The position numbers and the translations under genes are program-made. A DNA stretch of 64,000 nucleotides, taken from Auanema rhodensis. Its lineage: Eukaryota > Animalia > Nematoda. The stretch is from NCBI GenBank assembly GCA_964057225.1, contig OZ059894.1, forward strand, positions 4,464,001-4,528,000, in the 5' to 3' direction. The stretch's first letter is position 1. Every line of letters begins with the position of its first letter. Shown here piece after piece: positions 1 to 12,238 of this stretch. A model generated the notes under the pieces. It saw only the letters and a list, made by a program, of their open reading frames with translations. It searched no databases and was not told the origin of the DNA.

Positions 1-74
1 CATCATTTTTCAAACGATCATAACTAATTTTTGTATCAAGCGTTTCTCAATGTAGTTTAGTGCATTCGATGCGG

Positions 75-125
75 ATTTTTAAGCTGCGTCGATCTGTGTT
101 ATCAGATTTGCGCTAGCTTAAAAAT
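75..125. other. Inverted repeat module 1 (in each monomer)
   Basis: ATTTTTAAGCT (75-85) / AGCTTAAAAAT (115-125) perfect 11 bp, with inner GCG/CGC (86-88/111-113) and ATCTG/CAGAT (92-96/103-107). Confidence 0.9.
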
Positions 126-142
126 GCACCGAGATATCAACT

Positions 143-164
143 GATATAAGTTCACACTTATATC
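143..164. other. Inverted repeat module 2 (in full-length monomers)
   Basis: GATATAAGT (143-151), loop TCAC, ACTTATATC (156-164): perfect 9-bp stem, flanked by CGAG (130-133) / CTCG (165-168). Confidence 0.9.
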
Positions 165-238
165 CTCGATTTTCACCCTGAAGGAATAATTTTTTCGTTG
201 AATAACATTGTCCATCGTCTTTGCCTTGAAAAATGGAA

Positions 239-310
239 TCTAAAAACATCTACTTTTTGCTAAATTATCTTTAAATTTTTCGAAAAAATTTTTGTCAAAA
301 TGTTTTTGGA
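239..310. other. Inverted repeat module 3 around a TTCGAA palindrome
   Basis: Perfect 12-bp palindrome TTTTTCGAAAAA (276-287); outer TCTAAAAACAT (239-249) / ATGTTTTTGGA (300-310) pair at 10 of 11; ATTTTGA/TCAAAAT also pair in consensus copies. Confidence 0.85.
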
Positions 311-314
311 AGCA

Positions 315-342
315 ATGTTGAGTGTACATGGAAACTCAACAT
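315..342. other. Inverted repeat module 4 (in most monomers)
   Basis: ATGTTGAGT (315-323), 10-nt loop, ACTCAACAT (334-342): perfect 9-bp stem. Confidence 0.9.
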
Positions 343-351
343 ACACTAATG

Positions 352-685
352 CATCATTTTTCAAACGATCATAACTAATTTTTGTATCAAGCGTTTCTCA
401 ATGTAGTTTAGTGCATTCGATGCGGATTTTTAAGCTGCGTCGATCTGTGTTATCAGATTTGCGCTAGCTTAAAAATGCACCGAGATATCAACTGATATAA
501 GTTCACACTTCCTGAAGGAATGATTTTTTCGTTGAATAACATTGTCCATCGTCTTTGCCATGAAAAAAGGAATCTAAAAACATCTACTTTTCGCTAAATT
601 ATTTTGAAATTTTTCGAAAAAATTTTTGTCAAAATGTTTTTGGAAGCATTGTTGAGTGTACATGGAAACTCAACATACACTAATG
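352..685. repeat. 334-bp deletion monomer lacking ATATCCTCGATTTTCAC (first of 13 copies)
   Basis: Junction CACACTT|CCTGAAGG after positions 510, 1546, 2582, 13450, 15539, 16575, 18313, 21105, 22492, 26340, 27727, 28412, 31204. Confidence 0.95.
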
Positions 686-3600
686 CATCATTTTTCAAAC
701 GATCATAACTAATTTTTGTATCAAGCGTTTCTCAATGTAGTTTAGTGCATTCGATGCGGATTTTTAAGCTGCGTCGATCTGTGTTATCAGATTTGCGCTA
801 GCTTAAAAATGCACCGAGATATCAACTGATATAAGTTCACACTTATATCCTCGATTTTCACCCTGAAGGAATAATTTTTTCGTTGAATAACATTGTCCAT
901 CGTCTTTGCCTTGAAAAATGGAATCTAAAAACATCTACTTTTTGCTAAATTATTTTGAAATTTTTCGAAAAAATTTTTGTCAAAATGTTTTTGGAAGCAA
1001 TGTTGAGTGTACATGGAAACTCAACATACACTAATGCATCATTTTTCAAACGATCATAACTAATTTTTGTATCAAGCGTTTCTCAATGTAGTTTAGTGCA
1101 TTCGATGCGGATTTTTAAGCTGCGTCGATCTGTGTTATCAGATTTGCGCTAGCTTAAAAATGCACCGAGATATCAACTGATATAAGTTCACACTTATATC
1201 CTCGATTTTCACCCTGAAGGAATAATTTTTTCGTTGAATAACATTGTCCATCGTCTTTGCCTTGAAAAATGGAATCTAAAAACATCTACTTTTTGCTAAA
1301 TTATTTTGAAATTTTTCGAAAAAATTTTTGTCAAAATGTTTTTGGAAGCAATGTTGAGTGTACATGGAAACTCAACATACACTAATGCATCATTTTTCAA
1401 ACGATCATAACTAATTTTTGTATCAAGCGTTTCTCAATGTAGTTTAGTGCATTCGATGCGGATTTTTAAGCTGCGTCGATCTGTGTTATCCGATTTGCGC
1501 TAGCTTAAAAATGCACCGAGATATCAACTGATATAAGTTCACACTTCCTGAAGGAATGATTTTTTCGTTGAATAACATTGTCCATCGTCTTTGCCATGAA
1601 AAAAGGAATCTAAAAACATCTACTTTTCGCTAAATTATTTTGAAATTTTTCGAAAAAATTTTTGTCAAAATGTTTTTGGAAGCATTGTTGAGTGTACATG
1701 GAAACTCAACATACACTAATGCATCATTTTTCAAACGATCATAACTAATTTTTGTATCAAGCGTTTCTCAATGTAGTTTAGTGCATTCGATGCGGATTTT
1801 TAAGCTGCGTCGATCTGTGTTATCAGATTTGCGCTAGCTTAAAAATGCACCGAGATATCAACTGATATAAGTTCACACTTATATCCTCGATTTTCACCCT
1901 GAAGGAATAATTTTTTCGTTGAATAACATTGTCCATCGTCTTTGCCTTGAAAAATGGAATCTAAAAACATCTACTTTTTGCTAAATTATTTTGAAATTTT
2001 TCGAAAAAATTTTTGTCAAAATGTTTTTGGAAGCAATGTTGAGTGTACATGGAAACTCAACATACACTAATGCATCATTTTTCAAACGATCATAACTAAT
2101 TTTTGTATCAAGCGTTTCTCAATGTAGTTTAGTGCATTCGATGCGGATTTTTAAGCTGCGTCGATCTGTGTTATCAGATTTGCGCTAGCTTAAAAATGCA
2201 CCGAGATATCAACTGATATAAGTTCACACTTATATCCTCGATTTTCACCCTGAAGGAATGATTTTTTCGTTGAATAACATTGTCCATCGTCTTTGCCATG
2301 AAAAAAGGAATCTAAAAACATCTACTTTTTGCTAAATTATTTTGAAATTTTTCGAAAAAATTTTTGTCAAAATGTTTTTGGAAGCAATGTTGAGTGTACA
2401 TGGAAACTCAACATACACTAATGCATCATTTTTCAAACGATCATAACTAATTTTTGTATCAAGCGTTTCTCAATGTAGTTTAGTGCATTCGATGCGGATT
2501 TTTAAGCTGCGTCGATCTGTGTTATCAGATTTGCGCTAGCTTAAAAATGCACCGAGATATCAACTGATATAAGTTCACACTTCCTGAAGGAATGATTTTT
2601 TCATTGAATAACATTGTCCATCGTCTTTGCCATGAAAAAAGGAATCTAAAAACATCTACTTTTCGCTAAATTATTTTGAAATTTTTCGAAAAAATTTTTG
2701 TCAAAATGTTTTTGGAAGCATTGTTGAGTGTACATGGAAACTCAACATACACTAATGCATCATTTTTCAAACGATCATAACTAATTTTTGTATTAAGCGT
2801 TTCTCAATGTAGTATAGTGCATTCGATGCGGATTTTTAAGCTGCGTCGATCTGTGTTATCAGATTTGCGCTAGCTTAAAAATGCACCGAGATATCAACTG
2901 ATATAAGTTCACACTTATATCCTCGATTTTCACCCTGAAGGAATAATTTTTTTTGTTGAATAACATTGTCCATCGTCTTTGCCTTGAAAAATGGAATCTA
3001 AAAACATCTACTTTTTGCTAAATTATTTTGAAATTTTTCGAAAAAATTTTTGTCAAAATGTTTTTGGAAGCAATGTTGAGTGTACATGGAAACTCAACAT
3101 ACACTAATGCATCATTTTTCAAACGATCATAACTAATTTTTGTATTAAGCGTTCTTCAATGTAGTATAGTGCATTCGATGCGGATTTTTAAGCTGCGTCG
3201 ATCTGTGTTATCAGATGTGCGCTAGCTTAAAAATGCACCGAGATATCAACTGATATAAGTTCACACTTATATCCTCGATTTTCACCCTGAAGGAATAATT
3301 TTTTTTGTTGAATAACATTGTCCATCGTCTTTGCCTTGAAAAATGGAATCTAAAAACATCTACTTTTTGCTAAATTATTTTGAAATTTTTCGAAAAAATT
3401 TTTGTCAAAATGTTTTTGGAAGCAATGTTGAGTGTACATGGAAACTCAACATACACTAATGCATCATTTTTCAAACGATCATAACTAATTTTTGTATCAA
3501 GCGTTTCTCAATGTAGTTTAGTGCATTCGATGCGGATTTTTAAGCTGCGTCGATCTGTGTTATCAGATGTGCGCTAGCTTAAAAATGCACCGAGATATCA

Positions 3601-6600
3601 ACTGATATAAGTTCACACTTATATCCTCGATTTTCACCCTGAAGGAATAATTTTTTCGTTGAATAACATTGTCCATCGTCTTTGCCTTGAAAAATGGAAT
3701 CTAAAAACATCTACTTTTTGCTAAATTATTTTGAAATTTTTCGAAAAAATTTTTGTCAAAATGTTTTTGGAAGCAATGTTGAGTGTACATGGAAACTCAA
3801 CATACACTAATGCATCATTTTTCAAACGATCATAACTTATTTTTGTATCAAGCGTTTCTCAATGTAGTTTAGTGCATTCGATGCGGATTTTTAAGCTGCG
3901 TCGATCTGTGTTATCAGATTTGCGCTAGCTTAAAAATGCACCGAGATATCAACTGATATAAGTTCACACTTATATCCTCGATTTTCACCCTGAAGGAATG
4001 ATTTTTTCGTTGAATAACATTGTCCATCGTCTTTGCCATGAAAAAAGGAATCTAAAAACATCTACTTTTTGCTAAATTATTTTGAAATTTTTCGAAAAAA
4101 TTTTTGTCAAAATGTTTTTGGAAGCAATGTTGAGTGTACATGGAAACTCAACATACACTAATGCATCATTTTTCAAACGATCATAACTAATTTTTGTATC
4201 AAGCGTTTCTCAATGTAGTTTAGTGCATTCGATGCGGATTTTTAAGCTGCGTCGATCTGTGTTATCAGATTTGCGCTAGCTTAAAAATGCACCGAGATAT
4301 CAACTGATATAAGTTCACACTTATATCCTCGATTTTCACCCTGAAGGAATAATTTTTTCGTTGAATAACATTGTCCATCGTCTTTGCCTTGAAAAATGGA
4401 ATCTAAAAACATCTACTTTTTGCTAAATTATTTTGAAATTTTTCGAAAAAATTTTTGTCAAAATGTTTTTGGAAGCAATGTTGAGTGTACATGGAAACTC
4501 AACATACACTAATGCATCATTTTTCAAACGATCATAACTAATTTTTGTATCAAGCGTTTCTCAATGTAGTTTAGTGCATTCGATGCGGATTTTTAAGCTG
4601 CGTCGATCTGTGTTATCAGATTTGCGCTAGCTTAAAAATGCACCGAGATATCAACTGATATAAGTTCACACTTATATCCTCGATTTTCACCCTGAAGGAA
4701 TAATTTTTTCGTTGAATAACATTGTCCATCGTCTTTGCCTTGAAAAATGGAATCTAAAAACATCTACTTTTTGCTAAATTATTTTGAAATTTTTCGAAAA
4801 AATTTTTGTCAAAATGTTTTTGGAAGCAATGTTGAGTGTACATGGAAACTCAACATACACTAATGCATCATTTTTCAAACGATCATAACTAATTTTTGTA
4901 TCAAGCGTTTCTCAATGTAGTATAGTGCATTCGATGCGGATTTTTAAGCTGCGTCGATCTGTGTTATCAGATTTGCGCTAGCTTAAAAATGCACCGAGAT
5001 ATCAACTGATATAAGTTCACACTTATATCCTCGATTTTCACCCTGAAGGAATAATTTTTTCGTTGAATAACATTGTCCATCGTCTTTGCCTTGAAAAATG
5101 GAATCTAAAAACATCTACTTTTTGCTAAATTATTTTTAAATTTTTCGAAAAAATTTTTGTCAAAATGTTTTTGGAAGCAATGTTGAGTGTACATGGAAAC
5201 TCAACATACACTAATGCATCATTTTTCAAACGATCATAACTAATTTTTGTATCAAGCGTTTCTCAATGTAGTTTAGTGCATTCGATGCGGATTTTTAAGC
5301 TGCGTCGATCTGTGTTATCAGATTTGCGCTAGCTTAAAAATGCACCGAGATATCAACTGATATAAGTTCACACTTATATCCTCGATTTTCACCCTGAAGG
5401 AATGATTTTTTCGTTGAATAACATTGTCCATCGTCTTTGCCATAAAAAAAGGAATCTAAAAACATCTACTTTTTGCTAAATTATTTTGAAATTTTTCGAA
5501 AAAATTTTTGTCAAAATGTTTTTGGAAGCATTGTTGAGTGTACATGGAAACTCAACATACACTAATGCATCATTTTTCAAACGATCATAACTAATTTTTG
5601 TATTAAGCGTTTCTCAATGTAGTATAGTGCATTCGATGCGGATTTTTAAGCTGCGTCGATCTGTGTTATCAGATTTGCGCTAGCTTAAAAATGCACCGAG
5701 ATATCAACTGATATAAGTTCACACTTATATCCTCGATTTTCACCCTGAAGGAATAATTTTTTCGTTGAATAACATTGTCCATCGTCTTTGCCTTGAAAAA
5801 TGGAATCTAAAAACATCTACTTTTTGCTAAATTATTTTGAAATTTTTCGAAAAAATTTTTGTCAAAATGTTTTTGGAAGCAATGTTGAGTGTACATGGAA
5901 ACTCAACATACACTAATGCATCATTTTTCAAACGATCATAACTTATTTTTGTATCAAGCGTTTCTCAATGTAGTTTAGTGCATTCGATGCGGATTTTTAA
6001 GCTGCGTCGATCTGTGTTATCAGATTTGCGCTAGCTTAAAAATGCACCGAGATATCAACTGATATAAGTTCACACTTATATCCTCGATTTTCACCCTGAA
6101 GGAATGATTTTTTCGTTGAATAACATTGTCCATCGTCTTTGCCATGAAAAAAGGAATCTAAAAACATCTACTTTTTGCTAAATTATTTTGAAATTTTTCG
6201 AAAAAATTTTTGTCAAAATGTTTTTGGAAGCAATGTTGAGTGTACATGGAAACTCAACATACACTAATGCATCATTTTTCAAACGATCATAACTAATTTT
6301 TGTATTAAGCGTTTCTCAATGTAGTATAGTGCATTCGATGCAGATTTTTAAGCTGCGTCGATCTGTGTTATCAGATTTGCGCTAGCTTAAAAATGCACCG
6401 AGATATCAACTGATATAAGTTCACACTTATATCCTCGATTTTCACCCTGAAGGAATAATTTTTTCGTTGAATAACATTGTCCATCGTCTTTGCCTTGAAA
6501 AATGGAATCTAAAAACATCTACTTTTTGCTAAATTATTTTGAAATTTTTCGAAAAAATTTTTGTCAAAATGTTTTTGGAAGCAATGTTGAGTGTACATGG

Positions 6601-8726
6601 AAACTCAACATACACTAATGCATCATTTTTCAAACGATCATAACTAATTTTTGTATCAAGCGTTTCTCAATGTAGTTTAGTGCATTCGATGCGGATTTTT
6701 AAGCTGCGTCGATCTGTGTTATCAGATTTGCGCTAGCTTAAAAATGCACCGAGATATCAACTGATATAAGTTCACACTTATATCCTCGATTTTCACCCTG
6801 AAGGAATGATTTTTTCGTTGAATAACATTGTCCATCGTCTTTGCCATGAAAAAAGGAATCTAAAAACATCTACTTTTTGCTAAATTATTTTGAAATTTTT
6901 CGAAAAAATTTTTGTCAAAATGTTTTTGGAAGCATTGTTGAGTGTACATGGAAACTCAACATACACTAATGCATCATTTTTCAAACGATCATAACTAATT
7001 TTTGTATTAAGCGTTTCTCAATGTAGTATAGTGCATTCGATGCGGATTTTTAAGCTGCGTCGATCTGTGTTATCAGATTTGCGCTAGCTTAAAAATGCAC
7101 CGAGATATCAACTGATATAAGTTCACACTTATATCCTCGATTTTCACCCTGAAGGAATAATTTTTTCGTTGAATAACATTGTCCATCGTCTTTGCCTTGA
7201 AAAATGGAATCTAAAAACATCTACTTTTTGCTAAATTATTTTGAAATTTTTCGAAAAAATTTTTGTCAAAATGTTTTTGGAAGCAATGTTGAGTGTACAT
7301 GGAAACTCAACATACACTAATGCATCATTTTTCAAACGATCATAACTAATTTTTGTATCAAGCGTTTCTCAATGTAGTTTAGTGCATTCGATGCGGATTT
7401 TTAAGCTGCGTCGATCTGTGTTATCAGATTTGCGCTAGCTTAAAAATGCACCGAGATATCAACTGATATAAGTTCACACTTATATCCTCGATTTTCACCC
7501 TGAAGGAATAATTTTTTCATTGAATAACATTGTCCATCGTCTTTGCCTTGAAAAATGGAATCTAAAAACATCTACTTTTTGCTAAATTATTTTGAAATTT
7601 TTCGAAAAAATTTTTGTCAAAATGTTTTTGGAAGCAATGTTGAGTGTACATGGAAACTCAACATACACTAATGCATCATTTTTCAAACGATCATAACTAA
7701 TTTTTGTATCAAGCGTTTCTCAATGTAGTTTAGTGCATTCGATGCGGATTTTTAAGCTGCGTCGATCTGTGTTATCAGATTTGCGCTAGCTTAAAAATGC
7801 ACCGAGATATCAACTGATATAAGTTCACACTTATATCCTCGATTTTCACCCTGAAGGAATAATTTTTTCGTTGAATAACATTGTCCATCGTCTTTGCCTT
7901 GAAAAATGGAATCTAAAAACATCTACTTTTTGCTAAATTATTTTGAAATTTTTCGAAAAAATTTTTGTCAAAATGTTTTTGGAAGCAATGTTGAGTGTAC
8001 ATGGAAACTCAACATACACTAATGCATCATTTTTCAAACGATCATAACTAATTTTTGTATCAAGCGTTTCTCAATGTAGTTTAGTGCATTCGATGCGGAT
8101 TTTTAAGCTGCGTCGATCTGTGTTATCAGATTTGCGCTAGCTTAAAAATGCACCGAGATATCAACTGATATAAGTTCACACTTATATCCTCGATTTTCAC
8201 CCTGAAGGAATGATTTTTTCGTTGAATAACATTGTCCATCGTCTTTGCCATGAAAAAAGGAATCTAAAAACATCTACTTTTTGCTAAATTATTTTGAAAT
8301 TTTTCGAAAAAATTTTTGTCAAAATGTTTTTGGAAGCATTGTTGAGTGTACATGGAAACTCAACATACACTAATGCATCATTTTTCAAACGATCATAACT
8401 AATTTTTGTATTAAGCGTTTCTCAATGTAGTATAGTGCATTCGATGCGGATTTTTAAGCTGCGTCGATCTGTGTTATCAGATTTGCGCTAGCTTAAAAAT
8501 GCACCGAGATATCAACTGATATAAGTTCACACTTATATCCTCGATTTTCACCCTGAAGGAATAATTTTTTCGTTGAATAACATTGTCCATCGTCTTTGCC
8601 TTGAAAAATGGAATCTAAAAACATCTACTTTTTGCTAAATTATTTTTAAATTTTTCGAAAAAATTTTTGTCAAAATGTTTTTGGAAGCAATGTTGAGTGT
8701 ACATGGAAACTCAACATACACTAATG

Positions 8727-11700
8727 CATCATTTTTCAAACGATCATAACTAATTTTTGTATCAAGCGTTTCTCAATGTAGTTTAGTGCATTCGATGCGG
8801 ATTTTTAAGCTGCGTCGATCTGTGTTATCAGATTTGCGCTAGCTTAAAAATGCACCGAGATATCAACTGATATAAGTTCACACTTATATCCTCGATTTTC
8901 ACCCTGAAGGAATAATTTTTTTTGTTGAATAACATTGTCCATCGTCTTTGCCTTGAAACATGGAATCTAAAAACATCTACTTTTTGCTAAATTATTTTGA
9001 AATTTTTCGAAAAAATTTTTGTCAAAATGTTTTTGGAAGCAATGTTGAGTGTACATGGAAACTCAACATACACTAATGCATCATTTTTCAAACGATCATA
9101 ACTAATTTTTGTATCAAGCGTTTCTCAATGTAGTTTAGTGCATTCGATGCGGATTTTTAAGCTGCGTCGATCTGTGTTATCAGATGTGCGCTAGCTTAAA
9201 AATGCACCGAGATATCAACTGATATAAGTTCACACTTATATCCTCGATTTTCACCCTGAAGGAATAATTTTTTCGTTGAATAACATTGTCCATCGTCTTT
9301 GCCATGAAAAAAGGAATCTAAAAACATCTACTTTTCGCTAAATTATTTTGAAATTTTTCGAAAAAATTTTTGTCAAAATGTTTTTGGAAGCAATGTTGAG
9401 TGTACATGGAAACTCAATATACACTAATGCATCATTTTTCAAACGATCATAACTAATTTTTGTATCAAGCGTTTCTCAATGTAGTTTAGTGCATTCGATG
9501 CGGATTTTTAAGCTGCGTCGATCTGTGTTATCAGATTTGCGCTAGCTTAAAAATGCACCGAGATATCAACTGATATAAGTTCACACTTATATCCTCGATT
9601 TTCACCCTGAAGGAATAATTTTTTCGTTGAATAACATTGTCCATCGTCTTTGCCTTGAAAAATGGAATCTAAAAACATCTACTTTTTGCTAAATTATTTT
9701 GAAATTTTTCGAAAAAATTTTTGTCAAAATGTTTTTGGAAGCAATGTTGAGTGTACATGGAAACTCAACATACACTAATGCATCATTTTTCAAACGATCA
9801 TAACTAATTTTTGTATCAAGCGTTTCTCAATGTAGTTTAGTGCATTCGATGCGGATTTTTAAGCTGCGTCGATCTGTGTTATCAGATTTGCGCTAGCTTA
9901 AAAATGCACCGAGATATCAACTGATATAAGTTCACACTTATATCCTCGATTTTCACCCTGAAGGAATAATTTTTTCGTTGAATAACATTGTCCATCGTCT
10001 TTGCCTTGAAAAATGGAATCTAAAAACATCTACTTTTTGCTAAATTATTTTGAAATTTTTCGAAAAAATTTTTGTCAAAATGTTTTTGGAAGCAATGTTG
10101 AGTGTACATGGAAACTCAACATACACTAATGCATCATTTTTCAAACGATCATAACTAATTTTTGTATCAAGCGTTTCTCAATGTAGTTTAGTGCATTCGA
10201 TGCGGATTTTTAAGCTGCGTCGATCTGTGTTATCAGATTTGCGCTAGCTTAAAAATGCACCGAGATATCAACTGATATAAGTTCACACTTATATCCTCGA
10301 TTTTCACCCTGAAGGAATGATTTTTTCGTTGAATAACATTGTCCATCGTCTTTGCCATGAAAAAAGGAATCTAAAAACATCTACTTTTTGCTAAATTATT
10401 TTGAAATTTTTCGAAAAAATTTTTGTCAAAATGTTTTTGGAAGCAATGTTGAGTGTACATGGAAACTCAACATACACTAATGCATCATTTTTCAAACGAT
10501 CATAACTAATTTTTGTATCAAGCGTTTCTCAATGTAGTTTAGTGCATTCGATGCGGATTTTTAAGCTGCGTCGATCTGTGTTATCAGATTTGCGCTAGCT
10601 TAAAAATGCACCGAGATATCAACTGATATAAGTTCACACTTATATCCTCGATTTTCACCCTGAAGGAATAATTTTTTTTGTTGAATAACATTGTCCATCG
10701 TCTTTGCCTTGAAACATGGAATCTAAAAACATCTACTTTTTGCTAAATTATTTTGAAATTTTTCGAAAAAATTTTTGTCAAAATGTTTTTGGAAGCAATG
10801 TTGAGTGTACATGGAAACTCAACATACACTAATGCATCATTTTTCAAACGATCATAACTAATTTTTGTATCAAGCGTTTCTCAATGTAGTTTAGTGCATT
10901 CGATGCGGATTTTTAAGCTGCGTCGATCTGTGTTATCAGATGTGCGCTAGCTTAAAAATGCACCGAGATATCAACTGATATAAGTTCACACTTATATCCT
11001 CGATTTTCACCCTGAAGGAATAATTTTTTCGTTGAATAACATTGTCCATCGTCTTTGCCATGAAAAAAGGAATCTAAAAACATCTACTTTTCGCTAAATT
11101 ATTTTGAAATTTTTCGAAAAAATTTTTGTCAAAATGTTTTTGGAAGCAATGTTGAGTGTACATGGAAACTCAATATACACTAATGCATCATTTTTCAAAC
11201 GATCATAACTAATTTTTGTATCAAGCGTTTCTCAATGTAGTTTAGTGCATTCGATGCGGATTTTTAAGCTGCGTCGATCTGTGTTATCAGATTTGCGCTA
11301 GCTTAAAAATGCACCGAGATATCAACTGATATAAGTTCACACTTATATCCTCGATTTTCACCCTGAAGGAATAATTTTTTCGTTGAATAACATTGTCCAT
11401 CGTCTTTGCCTTGAAAAATGGAATCTAAAAACATCTACTTTTTGCTAAATTATTTTGAAATTTTTCGAAAAAATTTTTGTCAAAATGTTTTTGGAAGCAA
11501 TGTTGAGTGTACATGGAAACTCAACATACACTAATGCATCATTTTTCAAACGATCATAACTAATTTTTGTATCAAGCGTTTCTCAATGTAGTTTAGTGCA
11601 TTCGATGCGGATTTTTAAGCTGCGTCGATCTGTGTTATCAGATTTGCGCTAGCTTAAAAATGCACCGAGATATCAACTGATATAAGTTCACACTTATATC

Positions 11701-12238
11701 CTCGATTTTCACCCTGAAGGAATAATTTTTTCGTTGAATAACATTGTCCATCGTCTTTGCCTTGAAAAATGGAATCTAAAAACATCTACTTTTTGCTAAA
11801 TTATTTTGAAATTTTTCGAAAAAATTTTTGTCAAAATGTTTTTGGAAGCAATGTTGAGTGTACATGGAAACTCAACATACACTAATGCATCATTTTTCAA
11901 ACGATCATAACTAATTTTTGTATCAAGCGTTTCTCAATGTAGTTTAGTGCATTCGATGCGGATTTTTAAGCTGCGTCGATCTGTGTTATCAGATTTGCGC
12001 TAGCTTAAAAATGCACCGAGATATCAACTGATATAAGTTCACACTTATATCCTCGATTTTCACCCTGAAGGAATGATTTTTTCGTTGAATAACATTGTCC
12101 ATCGTCTTTGCCATGAAAAAAGGAATCTAAAAACATCTACTTTTTGCTAAATTATTTTGAAATTTTTCGAAAAAATTTTTGTCAAAATGTTTTTGGAAGC
12201 ATTGTTGAGTGTACATGGAAACTCAACATACACTAATG
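8727..12238. repeat. Tandem duplication of a 5-monomer block (1756 bp x2)
   Basis: Private markers TTGAAACATGG (8959, 10715) and CAATATACAC (9418, 11174) are both offset by 1756. Confidence 0.88.

Larger units (their letters stand above)
1..351. repeat. Representative monomer (phase set arbitrarily by the window start)
   Basis: Next copy begins at 352. Hand count A109 C59 G53 T130, many A4-6/T4-6 tracts, 12 CpG. Confidence 0.97.

Noticed and set aside
193-209. CENP-B box-like TTTCGTTGAA
   Set aside because: It matches only the TTCG and A of nTTCGnnnnAnnCGGGn; the essential CGGG is absent.
1-351. Monomer as a diverged dimer of about 175 bp
   Set aside because: No convincing similarity between the two halves by eye beyond A/T tracts; a self-alignment could reveal weak similarity I cannot see.
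1-351. Tandem 5S rRNA, tRNA, snRNA or spliced-leader gene unit
   Set aside because: No recognisable 5S, tRNA or spliced-leader sequence or Pol III boxes, and frequent T4-6 runs on both strands would terminate Pol III.
1-351. Assignment to a named satellite of similar size (Drosophila 359-bp, Tribolium about 360-bp, Chironomus telomeric 340-350-bp)
   Set aside because: Only the length is similar; I see no sequence match I can support without a database search.
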